Shown: one piece after another, positions 8,899-18,675 of the stretch
Layout of the letters: the number at the start of each line of letters is the position of its first letter
Numbering within the stretch: the first letter of the stretch is position 1
Origin: Candidatus Chisholmbacteria bacterium RIFCSPHIGHO2_01_FULL_52_32
GTDB lineage: Bacteria; Patescibacteriota; Microgenomatia; UBA1400; Chisholmbacteraceae
Length of the DNA stretch: 64,000 nt
Direction of reading: 5' to 3'
Assembly: GCA_001816585.1 (NCBI GenBank)
Contig: MHCJ01000003.1
Coordinates: 82,100-146,099, forward strand
Notes under the pieces: model-generated
Databases searched by the model: none
The model's input: only the letters and a program-made list of their open reading frames with translations
What the model was told of the DNA's origin: nothing
Translations under genes and position numbers: made by a program

Positions 8899-9720
8899 GG
8901 GATAAACGCCCCTCATGTTCGGCGGCAGAAGCAGGGAAAGCTTTTCCATCATCTTATCCACAACCCGTTGACCATCCTGTATCCCTTCCCGTTCCACTTC
9001 TTGTATTCGATACGGCTGTCCGGCGGCGATCTCGATTTTGCCTAATTTCAGCTTCCGGTTAAATTCACCTTTGGGGATGATGGCAAGCGGCAAAAACAGG
9101 ACATTCTCTCCGTATTGATGGAGCTCGGCCAAACCGTCTTTTGCCGGTTGGAGTTGTCCGTCGGTGCCTCGTGTTTCCTCAGGGGAAATCGCCCACACCC
9201 CACCGGGGCGGCTCAGGACTTCAACCGCTTTATCGCGATACTGCACCAGGAGTGAGCGCCGCTCGGTCCGGGAGTAGGAGTCAATATCATAACTCTGGAC
9301 AACCGGAGCGATTTCCACACCAAGCAGGTCAGCCAGGCGAAAGGCTGGTGCCCAAAGGCTGCGGGTGAAGTCGTAATGCTTGCGGGCAACCGGCCCTCCA
9401 CCGAGCTTCAGATTCCCGTCTTTTCCGCTGAGTTCCTTGAGCAGGAAAAAGGCAATAATCGGCCCATCGGCCATATTGATGTGGTTGAAGTAGGCGACTC
9501 CCGACCCCTGTTTCAAATGGTCATTGAACTGATTGAGGTTCTGGCGGGACTCGGGAGTGACCTCACAGCCGAAGATGGTTTGCATCAGTTCCCATCCGGT
9601 TGTGCCGAAAAATTCGTAGGAGAGGAGCCTGAGTTTCTCGCGTGTCTGCTCAGATGCTGCTGAATGCGGAGTGGGGTTTTCCAGTGTCATTTGAGGAGGT
9701 AGTGTAGCACATCTTTGCAA
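8890..9720 (-). CDS. Acyltransferase-like protein (HX4D motif 'HINMAD')
   Basis: 276 aa, 'YFNHINMADGPII'. Convergent with the previous gene. Confidence 0.4.
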   Translation of the reverse strand: MQRCATLPPQMTLENPTPHSAASEQTREKLRLLSYEFFGTTGWELMQTIFGCEVTPESRQNLNQFNDHLKQGSGVAYFNHINMADGPIIAFFLLKELSGKDGNLKLGGGPVARKHYDFTRSLWAPAFRLADLLGVEIAPVVQSYDIDSYSRTERRSLLVQYRDKAVEVLSRPGGVWAISPEETRGTDGQLQPAKDGLAELHQYGENVLFLPLAIIPKGEFNRKLKLGKIEIAAGQPYRIQEVEREGIQDGQRVVDKMMEKLSLLLPPNMRGVYPLP

Positions 9721-9760
9721 GATACGGTTGACCAGATGGTTGGCTGACTTTTCTGGAGCG

Positions 9761-9790
9761 TTGACTTTGGAAGGTGGAATAGCTAGAATA
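9761..9790 (+). promoter_or_regulatory. Sigma70-like promoter (TTGACT-18-TAGAAT)
   Basis: Hexamers read directly, ~70 nt upstream of the ATG at 9864. Confidence 0.45.
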
Positions 9791-9863
9791 TCGCACTGTG
9801 CTCGAACCAGGGAACGGATCGGGAGCTCGCTTACTTTGTTGTGTTTCGCTACAAGCAGATATT

Positions 9864-10727
9864 ATGGAACAAGAAGATCAACCTCAACCCAGCGCTCCTG
9901 CCGGATCCGGCGGTACTTCGAAATGGAAGAAGGCTTTTTTGAGTCTGGTTGTCGTTACTGTTCTCTTGATGGTCGGCGGCGGAATACTCTGGTTCGGGCT
10001 GCAGAAAGCCTCAAAATCACCATCCCGGGAGGGGGCAGCCAGTACGGAGGCGGTGAGTGAGGAAGCTACTTCCGCAAACGAGCTTGTGACGGATACAGAC
10101 GCGACACCCAGCGTTACCCCTCAACCGACCAAGACTCCGACCACGGCACCATTACCCACACCAACTCCAACACTCGCTCCAACACCAACCCCGACTACCC
10201 TGATTGAGACGTTCGACTCAAGCGCTGCGCTGGACGGATTCCGAGCGAGTAATGCGGGGGGCAACGCTGGACTTGAGCTGCGAGCGGGACGGAACGCTAC
10301 CCTGACAACGCGCGGGTTTGTCAGCTTCGGTATCGGGGAGATTCCCGATGGTGCGACCATCGAGCAGGCGACTTTGAAAATATACCAAGTGAGCGTGGTC
10401 GGGGATCCCTATGGGGCGGGCTTAAGGGTAATGCTTGACCACCTTGACTATGGTACAACCCTTGAGCATGCGGACTTTAGTGCGGCTTCGTTATCTTCCA
10501 GCTTTACCACACTTTCCACAAATGCGAGCGTCGGCTGGAAGGAAGTTGACGTAACCGATCAGGTACGCAGTGATCTCTCAAACAATCGGGAACGCAGCCA
10601 GTATCGGCTGCATATGGCTACCGAGACTGTCGGTGGGACGGTGACGGGTGACTTTGCCTATTTTGAAGCGGCGGATAATTCAACGGGAAGCGGGTATACC
10701 CCGCAGCTTGTCGTCCGCTACCATTAG
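9864..10727 (+). CDS. Membrane-anchored protein with Pro/Thr-rich linker and C-terminal globular domain (hypothetical)
   Basis: The ORF track starts at 9798; Met at 9864 is preferred because it follows the promoter. It has a TM segment (LSLVVVTVLLMVGGGILWF), then a 'TPTPT…PTPTPT' linker, then a ~200-aa domain. Confidence 0.55.
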   Translation: MEQEDQPQPSAPAGSGGTSKWKKAFLSLVVVTVLLMVGGGILWFGLQKASKSPSREGAASTEAVSEEATSANELVTDTDATPSVTPQPTKTPTTAPLPTPTPTLAPTPTPTTLIETFDSSAALDGFRASNAGGNAGLELRAGRNATLTTRGFVSFGIGEIPDGATIEQATLKIYQVSVVGDPYGAGLRVMLDHLDYGTTLEHADFSAASLSSSFTTLSTNASVGWKEVDVTDQVRSDLSNNRERSQYRLHMATETVGGTVTGDFAYFEAADNSTGSGYTPQLVVRYH

Positions 10728-10777
10728 TTTTTCCGGCTGATCCTGTTTGTTTTTTTTAAATAAGGCTTTATTTTTCT

Positions 10778-11464
10778 ATGGGAAAAGAACAGATCCTTTT
10801 TCGGCAATCCACACCGCTTCAGGAGTCCGCACGAAACTTTGCTTTGCATCTGTTTGATGCGTTCCGCTTTGAAGTATCCGGTGTAGAAAACCTCAATCAC
10901 CTTTCGGAGCCTTCGATTTTGGCGTTTTTCCCTCACTACGGACATGCCGATTTGCCTGCGATTCGTAAGGCCGTACCTTCGAATCTTCGCAAACTGCTGG
11001 TTTTTCCGGAAGCAGCCGATTACTGGAGCACCAACCCGTTTCGTTCCCAAATCAGCTCGCTTTTTTTACCGACAATCCCTTTGAATCGAGACGGCGCCGG
11101 GAGCGTCATCCTCGATGATCTCGATACGCTCGGTGGGCTGATGTCCTCTGGGTATTCCGTTGTCGTTTCCCCGGAGGGGACACGTTCCGAACTGCCGCTC
11201 GAAGAACGCGAACTGCGGACCGGGACCGCGGAACTTGCCTTGCGGACGCACTGCCCGGTGATTCCGGTTAGGCTTTACGGATTTGAAGATGTGATGCCAA
11301 AAGGCACTCCGCTCCCAAGACTCTTTGATCGGTTGCAGCGCAGGTCGGTCAAAGTGGTGTTTGGCTCGGCCCTCCGTTTTGGAAAAGAGGCTTTTTCTGG
11401 AACACGAGCCCAGACGCGGAAAGCGACCACGCACGTCCTACGGGAGGTTCTGCTTCGGATGTAA
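10778..11464 (+). CDS. plsC: 1-acyl-sn-glycerol-3-phosphate acyltransferase (PlsC family)
   Basis: Contains 'HYGHAD' (HX4D) and 'SPEGTRS' (PEGTR), the two PlsC signatures. Confidence 0.65.
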   Translation: MGKEQILFRQSTPLQESARNFALHLFDAFRFEVSGVENLNHLSEPSILAFFPHYGHADLPAIRKAVPSNLRKLLVFPEAADYWSTNPFRSQISSLFLPTIPLNRDGAGSVILDDLDTLGGLMSSGYSVVVSPEGTRSELPLEERELRTGTAELALRTHCPVIPVRLYGFEDVMPKGTPLPRLFDRLQRRSVKVVFGSALRFGKEAFSGTRAQTRKATTHVLREVLLRM

Positions 11465-11522
11465 TCGGGCAGCTTGTCCTTTTTCCTGCCAACAATGCGG
11501 GGGAAAGGAAGGTTTGAGCGGT

Positions 11523-12737
11523 CTATTTTTCGAGGTAATCCTTGAGTTGCTTCCGGTAGAATGGGTGCCTGAGATGGTTAAGTGCGTCGGCTTCGATTTG
11601 TCGAATCCGTTCCCTTGTAATATCGAACTTTCGGGCAATTGCTTCGAGCGTGTAACTTTTCCCATCCTTCAGACCGAAACGCAGTTCGAGAATCTTTGCT
11701 TCTCTGGGGGGGAGGTTTTCGAGGAGGGCTTGTAGTTGTGCGCGAAGCAGGTTTAGCGCGACTTCATCTTCCGGGGGAAGGTGTGTGTCGTCCGCGATAA
11801 AATCCCCGAGGTCTTCCTCGCTATCATCTCCGATGGGGGTTGACAGGGAGAGCGGACGCTGGGCGGATGTCTGCATCCTTTGGACTCTTTTTGCGTCCGT
11901 TTCGATTTCCTCTGCAAGTTCTTCAATGGTTGGTTCACGCCCGAGATCTTGGGTGAGCCTGTGGGTTGTTATCAGCATTTTGCGGATATTATCCGACATA
12001 TAGAGGGGAACCCTGATCGTTCTTCCTTGGTCCGCAACGGCATGAGTGACCGCCTGGCGGATCCACCAATTGACGTAGGTTGAGAACTTATAGCCGCGGG
12101 TGTAGTCGAACTTCGCCACGCCACGCATCAGACCGATGTTTCCTTCTTGGATAAGATCCGGAAAGGGAACCCCGCGATTCTGATACTTTTTGGCAACCGA
12201 GATCACGAGTCTGGCATTGGCCACAATGAGATGTTCCCGTGCCGACCACCCGTCCACCACAATCGCTTCAAGCACACTGCGGCGTGAATGGGACGCAAGG
12301 TTATTGAGAAGTTCAAGGCGGGCTCTTTGACCGGCCCTGATACGCTCGGCAAGTTCCACCTCCTCTGTCTTACTTAAGAGTGGTGTCGTTGAGACATCTT
12401 GGATATACATTCCAGTAATATCAGAGAGGTCAAATGGCTTTGTTTCACCAAGCGGTATATCTTCTTCTGCCTCTTCGAGCGGTATTTGGTCAGGCTCCCC
12501 GTCGGCCATCGGTATGCCTTCTTCCTCCATGATGTCGATAATGGCTTCCAGTTGTTCCACATCTTCGTCTGCGTGCGGCACGGTTGTCAGGATATCTTCG
12601 AGCGTGAGACCCCCACGTTCCTGCCCGAACTCAATGAGACCTTCAATGATTGGATTATGCCCCCCTTTTCCTTCCGGATCTTGGGGGCCGGTAGCCAGTG
12701 GACTGCGAGAACCCTGTTGTTCGGGTTTCATGTTCAT
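11523..12737 (-). CDS. rpoD: RNA polymerase sigma-70 factor RpoD
   Basis: Regions 2-4 are obvious (…DLIQEGNIGLMRGVAKFDYTRGYKFSTYVNWWIRQAVT…). The start was trimmed to an internal Met (ORF track 12776). Confidence 0.85.
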   Translation of the reverse strand: MNMKPEQQGSRSPLATGPQDPEGKGGHNPIIEGLIEFGQERGGLTLEDILTTVPHADEDVEQLEAIIDIMEEEGIPMADGEPDQIPLEEAEEDIPLGETKPFDLSDITGMYIQDVSTTPLLSKTEEVELAERIRAGQRARLELLNNLASHSRRSVLEAIVVDGWSAREHLIVANARLVISVAKKYQNRGVPFPDLIQEGNIGLMRGVAKFDYTRGYKFSTYVNWWIRQAVTHAVADQGRTIRVPLYMSDNIRKMLITTHRLTQDLGREPTIEELAEEIETDAKRVQRMQTSAQRPLSLSTPIGDDSEEDLGDFIADDTHLPPEDEVALNLLRAQLQALLENLPPREAKILELRFGLKDGKSYTLEAIARKFDITRERIRQIEADALNHLRHPFYRKQLKDYLEK

Positions 12738-12778
12738 TTCAGAAAGTATGGATTGTATATTACAATATCTTGGCAACT

Positions 12779-13453
12779 ATGCCATTTTTATTGATCGATA
12801 AACCGGAGGGAATGACTTCGCATGATGTGGTTGACCGGGTGCGGGCGATCACCGGGGAGCGTAGGGTCGGGCATGGAGGAACGCTTGACCCGATGGCTTC
12901 CGGACTGCTGATCGTGGGAGTGGGGAGGGAGGCGACGAGAAAGCTGGGTACGGTTACCAAAGGGATGGATAAGAAATACAATGCAGAGATTGTGCTTGGG
13001 GAAGAACGCGATACGGATGATCGCGAAGGGATGGTTATCACAAAAGCGGTCGGGGTTTTACCGCCGCCAAGGAAAGAAATTGAGGCGACGCTGGGAAAAT
13101 TTATCGGCAGGGTTTCGCAAGTCCCGCCGCAGTTCTCTGCAGTAAAGACTGGTGGGAAAAAAGCCTATCAACAAGCGCGCATGGGGGAGAGGGTGCATTT
13201 GGAGCCGCGGAAGGTAACAATTTATTCCATAAAACTCATTGATTATCGGTACCCGATTATTGAAATTGAGTCCAAAGTGTCTTCAGGAACATATATCCGT
13301 GCGCTGGCTCGGGATATCGGGAGAATGCTGGGTACCGGGGCTTATTTAGGTCGTTTGCGACGGCTGCGGATCGGAACATACGCGGTTGAACAGGCAGTTG
13401 AGCTTGATCGGCTGGGCAGGGAAAACTGGAAAACCCATGCGATAGAGTTCTGA
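12779..13453 (+). CDS. truB: tRNA pseudouridine(55) synthase TruB
   Basis: 'LLIDKPEGMTSHDVV…GHGGTLDPMASGLLIVGVG' is TruB motif I/II. The ATG at 12779 has its own start context. Confidence 0.85.
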   Translation: MPFLLIDKPEGMTSHDVVDRVRAITGERRVGHGGTLDPMASGLLIVGVGREATRKLGTVTKGMDKKYNAEIVLGEERDTDDREGMVITKAVGVLPPPRKEIEATLGKFIGRVSQVPPQFSAVKTGGKKAYQQARMGERVHLEPRKVTIYSIKLIDYRYPIIEIESKVSSGTYIRALARDIGRMLGTGAYLGRLRRLRIGTYAVEQAVELDRLGRENWKTHAIEF

Positions 13454-13519
13454 GATGTTGTGATAGCACATCGGCCGATTCAGGTTGCATTTTTACGGAA
13501 AGGTGCTTTACTATAGGTT

Positions 13520-14221
13520 TTGATGAGAGAGCAGAGCGGATCGGGCGATTCTTACAGTCAACTTACCGCGCGCCTTGAGCTCCACAGACAGCGTTTTCGG
13601 CTGGCTGAACGGGGACGGTTTAGCGTGGAAGAATTGATAGGGGAACTCCACCAGAAAGGCCGCGATATTGTTCAGCCGGATGAAGCTACGGAGTGGTTGG
13701 CTAACAAACAGGTGTTGGCGTATTCTTCCGGCGGCGGCTTCGGTATGTTTTACCGGAAAAAGGGGCAGGACCTCTACACGGTATCCTTTACCACAGAACC
13801 ACACGATTGGCCGAATCCCATCAGAGACGCACGGATCAGATATGCCGTTTCCTTTCAAGAGGATGTTGATGCCGGTGCTTCTTCAAGGCACAGTGCCTCT
13901 GTGGCGATTCGTATCCTGGGTGGGGGTGACAACAAAGGCTACCATTGGTGGTCTTATCTGAGTGAGGAGGGGCGTGACCGTCTGCAGTTTGTTCCCGAGA
14001 CTTCGGGGGTAATTTGGGGAGGACATGATTTCAAACGCGGAGTTGAGCCTTTATATGCCGTCGATCCGGCGCTGGTACCGACTGTCTTGTCTTGGGAAGA
14101 GGTGGGGGAGCGATTTAGCCATTTTGCGGAAAAGAGGATCGCTTGGGCAGAGGTGAGTGAGTTGCTGGCATCGCCCACGGCAGCAGGGCATGTTGATCCT
14201 TTTTTACCTGAGGGAGCCTGA
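13520..14221 (+). CDS. Hypothetical protein
   Basis: 233-aa ORF. The next gene begins 3 nt after its stop. Confidence 0.5.
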   Translation: MMREQSGSGDSYSQLTARLELHRQRFRLAERGRFSVEELIGELHQKGRDIVQPDEATEWLANKQVLAYSSGGGFGMFYRKKGQDLYTVSFTTEPHDWPNPIRDARIRYAVSFQEDVDAGASSRHSASVAIRILGGGDNKGYHWWSYLSEEGRDRLQFVPETSGVIWGGHDFKRGVEPLYAVDPALVPTVLSWEEVGERFSHFAEKRIAWAEVSELLASPTAAGHVDPFLPEGA

Positions 14222-14223
14222 TT

Positions 14224-14745
14224 ATGATGTTCAAGGACGCGGAGCCTGCCCGGTTTGCTGTGGAATCATCTCATCATCTGCGGGATTCTGAAAAGGAGCG
14301 GATGGTAGGGGAAAGGATGTTACTGGGTTTTGGACACGCAGTCGGATCGATGGATTCGGTTGCCCATCGAGTCGATATCCAGGTACGCAGGGAAGCACGC
14401 CCTTCTTGGAGGACCTGGATGTGGTTTGCGATGGAGGCTCCGAATATTAATGAGGAGGATGGCAGTATCGGCCTCAAGCTTGCCCTGAATGTTCGGCGGG
14501 TTGGGGAGGATGTTCTGACCCGCAGGTATGGGCTTTCCGAAGGGGATATCGCTGAAGTTGTTGGTTTTTACCTTCGGCAGTTGGTGCGACGTGTTGAACA
14601 ACCCGAGGCGGTGTTTTTAGGCAAGCCTCTTTCGGATTATCAGGAGGTTGGGGGATTGGATGAGCTTTGGACTGAGTGTCTTGGATTCTACGTGCTTGAT
14701 GTGTTCGAGCGGAAGTCCCAGTTTACGGAAAAGGTTCCTTCTTAG
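14224..14745 (+). CDS. Hypothetical protein
   Basis: 173-aa ORF, co-operonic with the previous one. Confidence 0.5.
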   Translation: MMFKDAEPARFAVESSHHLRDSEKERMVGERMLLGFGHAVGSMDSVAHRVDIQVRREARPSWRTWMWFAMEAPNINEEDGSIGLKLALNVRRVGEDVLTRRYGLSEGDIAEVVGFYLRQLVRRVEQPEAVFLGKPLSDYQEVGGLDELWTECLGFYVLDVFERKSQFTEKVPS

Positions 14746-15113
14746 TCGTTCTCAAGAGTGTCTTCATGCCTCTGGCTTTTTTAGTTAGTTATATTGTCGT
14801 CGTTTTTTTTGACTCCCTTGATTCCATCTGATAGACTTTCGGGTGATTTTTGGATCCGCCAACCGGCGGAAACTAAAACGAACCAGATAGGGCGAAGCGA
14901 TATTACGTTTCTCTTTGTGTAGCCCTGTTTGGGCATGAGGCTTTGTAGGGAGCCATTTTGGGAAGGTTTTTGCTCGCTTGGAGCAATAGCGCTTTGAATG
15001 GCGAGCCTTCCTTTCCATGACAACCTTACAGAACCGCTCTTTGAAAACCGTTGTGCGAAATAACCCGCATTCACTTGATGCGTGAGGCAATCATCTCAAG
15101 GCCTATGGCCGAA

Positions 15114-15230
15114 AAGGAGGCAGATAGCGTATGGCGAATGGCAGATAGCGTATGGCTAATGGCGAATGGCTAATAGCAAATAGCTGGTAGCAGATAGCAT
15201 ATTGCAAATAGCGTATAGCTAATAGCCAGA
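15114..15230. repeat. TAGC-type cryptic tandem repeat array (ggcagatagcgtatggcgaatggcagatagcgtatggctaatggc…)
   Basis: Directly visible. Same family as 3760-3880. Confidence 0.6.
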
Positions 15231-15304
15231 GGTCGACAGACAAGAAAGAAACAGGTCGATCGGATCCGGGACTTTTTCTCATACACCAAAAAGGAAGGTG
15301 GGCC

Positions 15305-16579
15305 ATGTCCGCAAGTATGTCGAGACCGCCCTTGTCACCAACGGCGCCGAACAGTTCGGGAGGTAGAGGGGGATGCTTTATGTCCCTCTTCGGAGTCCTC
15401 TTCGTGATTGGGCTCCTGCCTCTGGGGTACTTTCTGCTTGTAGCCTGGTCAAGCGGCGAATCCTTTGCGATGTTGGCCATTTACTTGGCCGTAGGGTTGA
15501 CGGTAGTGTTCTTCGGCGCGCTCTTTCTCGCCATCGGAGCACTGTTCCTTCTGCCGAAGCGCAAGGCACCATCCTCGGCGGAGAAGCCAGGGGAAAAGGG
15601 CCTGCCGCCCGTCAAGCCGTCCGGCGATCCCGAGCGAACCTTCAAGAACACCGTCCACACCATCAGCCGTGTCATCGGGCTCGGCACCCTCGCTCTTCTG
15701 GCCCTGGTGGGCATCGGTGCGTTGGTGATCGGCGCCTGGCCGATTTCGGTCATCGTGGCCGTCCTGGCCGTCTTTGCCTTGCCGCTGGTGGTGATCGTGC
15801 CCAGGGTGCTGCGTGATGCAGCCGTTGTGGTTCCACAGACGGAAGTCTGGATCGTCTTTCTGCTGGGGAAGTTCCGGCGCGTACTTCGGCCAGGGCCGAG
15901 AATTCTCATTCCCTGGCTTGAGCAGGTGGTCGCGCATGAAAGCATGCGCTGGAGACAGGAGGATATTGTTGCCAACAAGACGACCACCAAAGACAAGATC
16001 TCGGTGGATGTCCCTGGGGTTCTCCTCTGGAAGCCAGATGACAAGCATCCGGAGTTACCCTTCCTCATGGTCGAGAACATTGACGAAACATTGCGAAGAA
16101 CCGGTGAGGCATCACTGAAGCAGATTGCCTCGGTCTCGACAACTGAGGAGCTCGTCGAAGCGGCACCTACGACCATTGAGCGGCTGAACAGTATCATGAT
16201 GGAGCAGGTGCAGGCTTTCGGTGTGCAGTTCGCTTTGCGAATCAGCGATACCATCTTCAGTCCGGAACTTCAGGTGGCCATCTCTACGGAGAAGCGGGCG
16301 CATTACGAGGCATCGGCGAAGAAGATCAGGGCTGATGCCGATACCTACGTCATGCAACAGCTGAAGGCCGCTGTCAAGGCGCAGTTCCCGCACGCTTCGG
16401 AGGAGTGGCTGGGTGCAGCTGCCCTGCAACTGAAGGCGCTTGACACGATCCAGTCGTCTACTCAAGGTACTGGGGCGGTAAGTCTGTTCTCGCTTGGGGA
16501 GCTGCTAACCCGAAAGATGCCGGCATATCAACCGTCAGAAGGGGAAGCTGCCCCGCAGCCAGGTGGCCAGAGCACTTAG
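15305..16579 (+). CDS. SPFH/band-7 (stomatin/prohibitin-like) domain membrane protein
   Basis: N-terminal multi-TM region, then '…VVVPQTEVWIVFLLGKFRRVLRPGPRILIPWLEQV…TKDKISVDV…', typical of SPFH domains. Locally GC-rich. Confidence 0.7.
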   Translation: MSASMSRPPLSPTAPNSSGGRGGCFMSLFGVLFVIGLLPLGYFLLVAWSSGESFAMLAIYLAVGLTVVFFGALFLAIGALFLLPKRKAPSSAEKPGEKGLPPVKPSGDPERTFKNTVHTISRVIGLGTLALLALVGIGALVIGAWPISVIVAVLAVFALPLVVIVPRVLRDAAVVVPQTEVWIVFLLGKFRRVLRPGPRILIPWLEQVVAHESMRWRQEDIVANKTTTKDKISVDVPGVLLWKPDDKHPELPFLMVENIDETLRRTGEASLKQIASVSTTEELVEAAPTTIERLNSIMMEQVQAFGVQFALRISDTIFSPELQVAISTEKRAHYEASAKKIRADADTYVMQQLKAAVKAQFPHASEEWLGAAALQLKALDTIQSSTQGTGAVSLFSLGELLTRKMPAYQPSEGEAAPQPGGQST

Positions 16580-16816
16580 ATCCGCACAACGAGAGTCCGC
16601 TAGTTGGCGGACAAAGAGCGATACAAGAGACCGACGTCTGTTCCGCCACTGGCGGGATGGGCACGAGATTGGAACGAGTGGGTTTCTTATACCTTTGGGG
16701 CGCTGCGCGCCTCACTCCTGGTATTATCCACTCCCATTCTTTCTCGTCATTAGGTCTCTTGCTCTTTTTCTGGTGGTTTTGATTCTCGGCGGTTCTTGTG
16801 GTATAGTCTTGGTGGT

Positions 16817-17359
16817 ATGACAGATCACAGTCCGGAGACAACGGTTCCAAAAGTTCCCCATAGAGACCTCAGCCAGCGCTTTCAAAGGGCTCATGAGGTT
16901 TGGGATACAAGAACAGAGGAGCAGAGGGCGATGGGGCTACTGGTGAGGCGTTATGAGAGCGGCGACCCGATCCAACTTGAGGTGGCCCCGGCCCCATTTG
17001 CGGGAGTTGAAGTGAACCCGAACAATTGGGGGGCAAGGACAGATCCTTCACCAGCACAAGTTCCGTTGCGGCTCAATTTACGGGAGAGGGATATTCCTCA
17101 TCGTGAAGGGGAGATCATCCGTATTCCCACGAAGGATCCGCAACAAACCATTTTTCTAGAGATCATGGAGCCTCTATCAAGCGCGAACGGACGGGCAGTA
17201 GGCGAGTCGGTTTTCGTGATGCCCTTAAACCAGGAGGAATCCCAGCGAGTTCAGGAGTCCGGGAGGTATATGGACTATAAAGAACTCCTTGCCGAGAAGA
17301 CTATCAAGATGCTTGAAGGGAGAGAAGTGCTGCGGGTGATGGGAGCCCAGAGGGGCTGA
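16817..17359 (+). CDS. Hypothetical protein
   Basis: The ORF track starts at a TTG (16796). The first ATG is 16817, preceded by an extended -10 'TGGTATAGT' at 16798-16806. Confidence 0.45.
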   Translation: MTDHSPETTVPKVPHRDLSQRFQRAHEVWDTRTEEQRAMGLLVRRYESGDPIQLEVAPAPFAGVEVNPNNWGARTDPSPAQVPLRLNLRERDIPHREGEIIRIPTKDPQQTIFLEIMEPLSSANGRAVGESVFVMPLNQEESQRVQESGRYMDYKELLAEKTIKMLEGREVLRVMGAQRG

Positions 17360-17418
17360 TATTGAGATTACGGCTCTAGCAGCAAAGAAGAAAGTTTAAC
17401 AAATGCTTTTTTCTTGGA

Positions 17419-17442
17419 GGCGCCCGAGAGGGCGTTTTTTGT
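17419..17442 (+). terminator. Rho-independent terminator (GGCGCCC-gaga-GGGCG + TTTTTTGT)
   Basis: Stem-loop plus T-run about 60 nt after the stop of the 16817..17359 gene. Confidence 0.5.
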
Positions 17443-17776
17443 GGCTTTGGGCGAGTGTCAAGCTTATCGTCCCTGCCGACGGGCCGGGGCGCGGTCCGGA
17501 GTTTTTGAACTCTGGCTTTCCTGGGATATTCTGCCACCGTGCATCAGGGCTTTTTTCCTTGTCTCGAAAGCCGCTTGGTCTGTTTCAGCGCTTCCTGTGA
17601 TGGCTCCACCCCGGTTCCCCTGGAAAGCCCTTTCTAACCAAGTCTTTGGAGTCTGATCAGGAAGACTCTCTTGGTCTTCTTTGGGTATAACAGGGTCTGG
17701 TACCTCGGTGGTTTCTCTGCGCTGTCCTTCGGACATATCTGTATTCTACCACATTTCGTCTACCAAATGATATCCG

Positions 17777-18007
17777 TTACGGGCGGATGTTCAGCGGGCG
17801 GAGGATAAGGGAGGAGGCGAGCCCGAACACGAGCAGGATCCAGAAGATTTGGACAGCGAGGAAGATCAGGATGTGCTTCAGCTTTAAGGTTGTGCCGGTT
17901 TTGGCTTGTTTGACGAGGGCGACGATGAGGATGAGCGATGGCCAGAGGAGAAGGGGGGCGGCAAGAACCGCGAGGATGGGATAGAGTTGTTGCATATTAA
18001 TTAGCAT
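17777..18007 (-). CDS. Small two-TM membrane protein (hypothetical)
   Basis: 76 aa, highly hydrophobic. Confidence 0.4.
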   Translation of the reverse strand: MLINMQQLYPILAVLAAPLLLWPSLILIVALVKQAKTGTTLKLKHILIFLAVQIFWILLVFGLASSLILRPLNIRP

Positions 18008-18099
18008 AGCAGTTTTAGCAGAGGTTTGCTTGACCTATTTGTTGAGATTTTTACGCACCCAAGCAGGTGATTTCTTATCTTACTTATCCAAGCATGGCA

Positions 18100-18180
18100 G
18101 TTACTTCTTTGTGCGCACAAAGAAGGGCGGTTACTTTCTTACTCGTCTAAGAAAGTAACCAAAGAATGACGCCCTGTGAA
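18100..18180. repeat. Partial copy of the ~200-bp hairpin element (5' module only)
   Basis: 'gttacttctttgtgcgcacaaagaagggcggttactttcttactcgtctaagaaagtaaccaaagaatgacgccctgtga' matches 22551-22630 almost base for base. Confidence 0.45.
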
Positions 18181-18510
18181 GCCTTGTCGGCGATTCTTCG
18201 GATTCGACGGTGGGAGTCCTTCTCTGCCAGCTGGCGGATCAGGACATTTCATTCCCCTCCAAAATTCCTTCTCCGCCAACTGGCGGATCAGTCAGTTTTG
18301 GTTTCCCACTCGTCTCATCCTCGAATCGCTGCTGCAGCGGCTTCAAAAGGGTGAAGAAATCTCCGTGGGCTCCTCATTCATAATTCATGATTCATAATTC
18401 ATGATTCTTTCTTTTGGCTGCGTTCAAAGGGGACTTTTTTTAATTTCTAAACCCTCTACCCTCTACCTCCCCTCTTGCCTATTGTCTGCCGGGCTGTGTA
18501 GAATGGATCT

Positions 18511-18675
18511 ATGGCAGAGGAGGAGAAAAAGGACACCGGTAAGACGACCACAGTTCTGGTCCAGGAAGAGGAAAAGAAGAAGGGCTTTCCCATGCGACTT
18601 GCGCTCATCTACCTACTTATTTTGGCGACCGGGTTTTTTTTGGGGATTTTGTTTGCTTCGCTTCTTCGAAGTTAA
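18511..18675 (+). CDS. Possible 54-aa single-TM protein (not in ORF track, <60 aa)
   Basis: ATG at 18511 ('MAEEEKKDTGKTT…GFPMRLALIYLLILATGFFLGILFASLLRS*'), preceded by TTGCCT-18-TAGAAT. Weak call. Confidence 0.3.
   Translation: MAEEEKKDTGKTTTVLVQEEEKKKGFPMRLALIYLLILATGFFLGILFASLLRS

Noticed and set aside
15449-16254. Minus-strand ORFs of 199 and 257 aa inside the SPFH gene
   Set aside because: Antisense artefacts in a high-GC gene. The plus-strand protein has clear TM and SPFH features.
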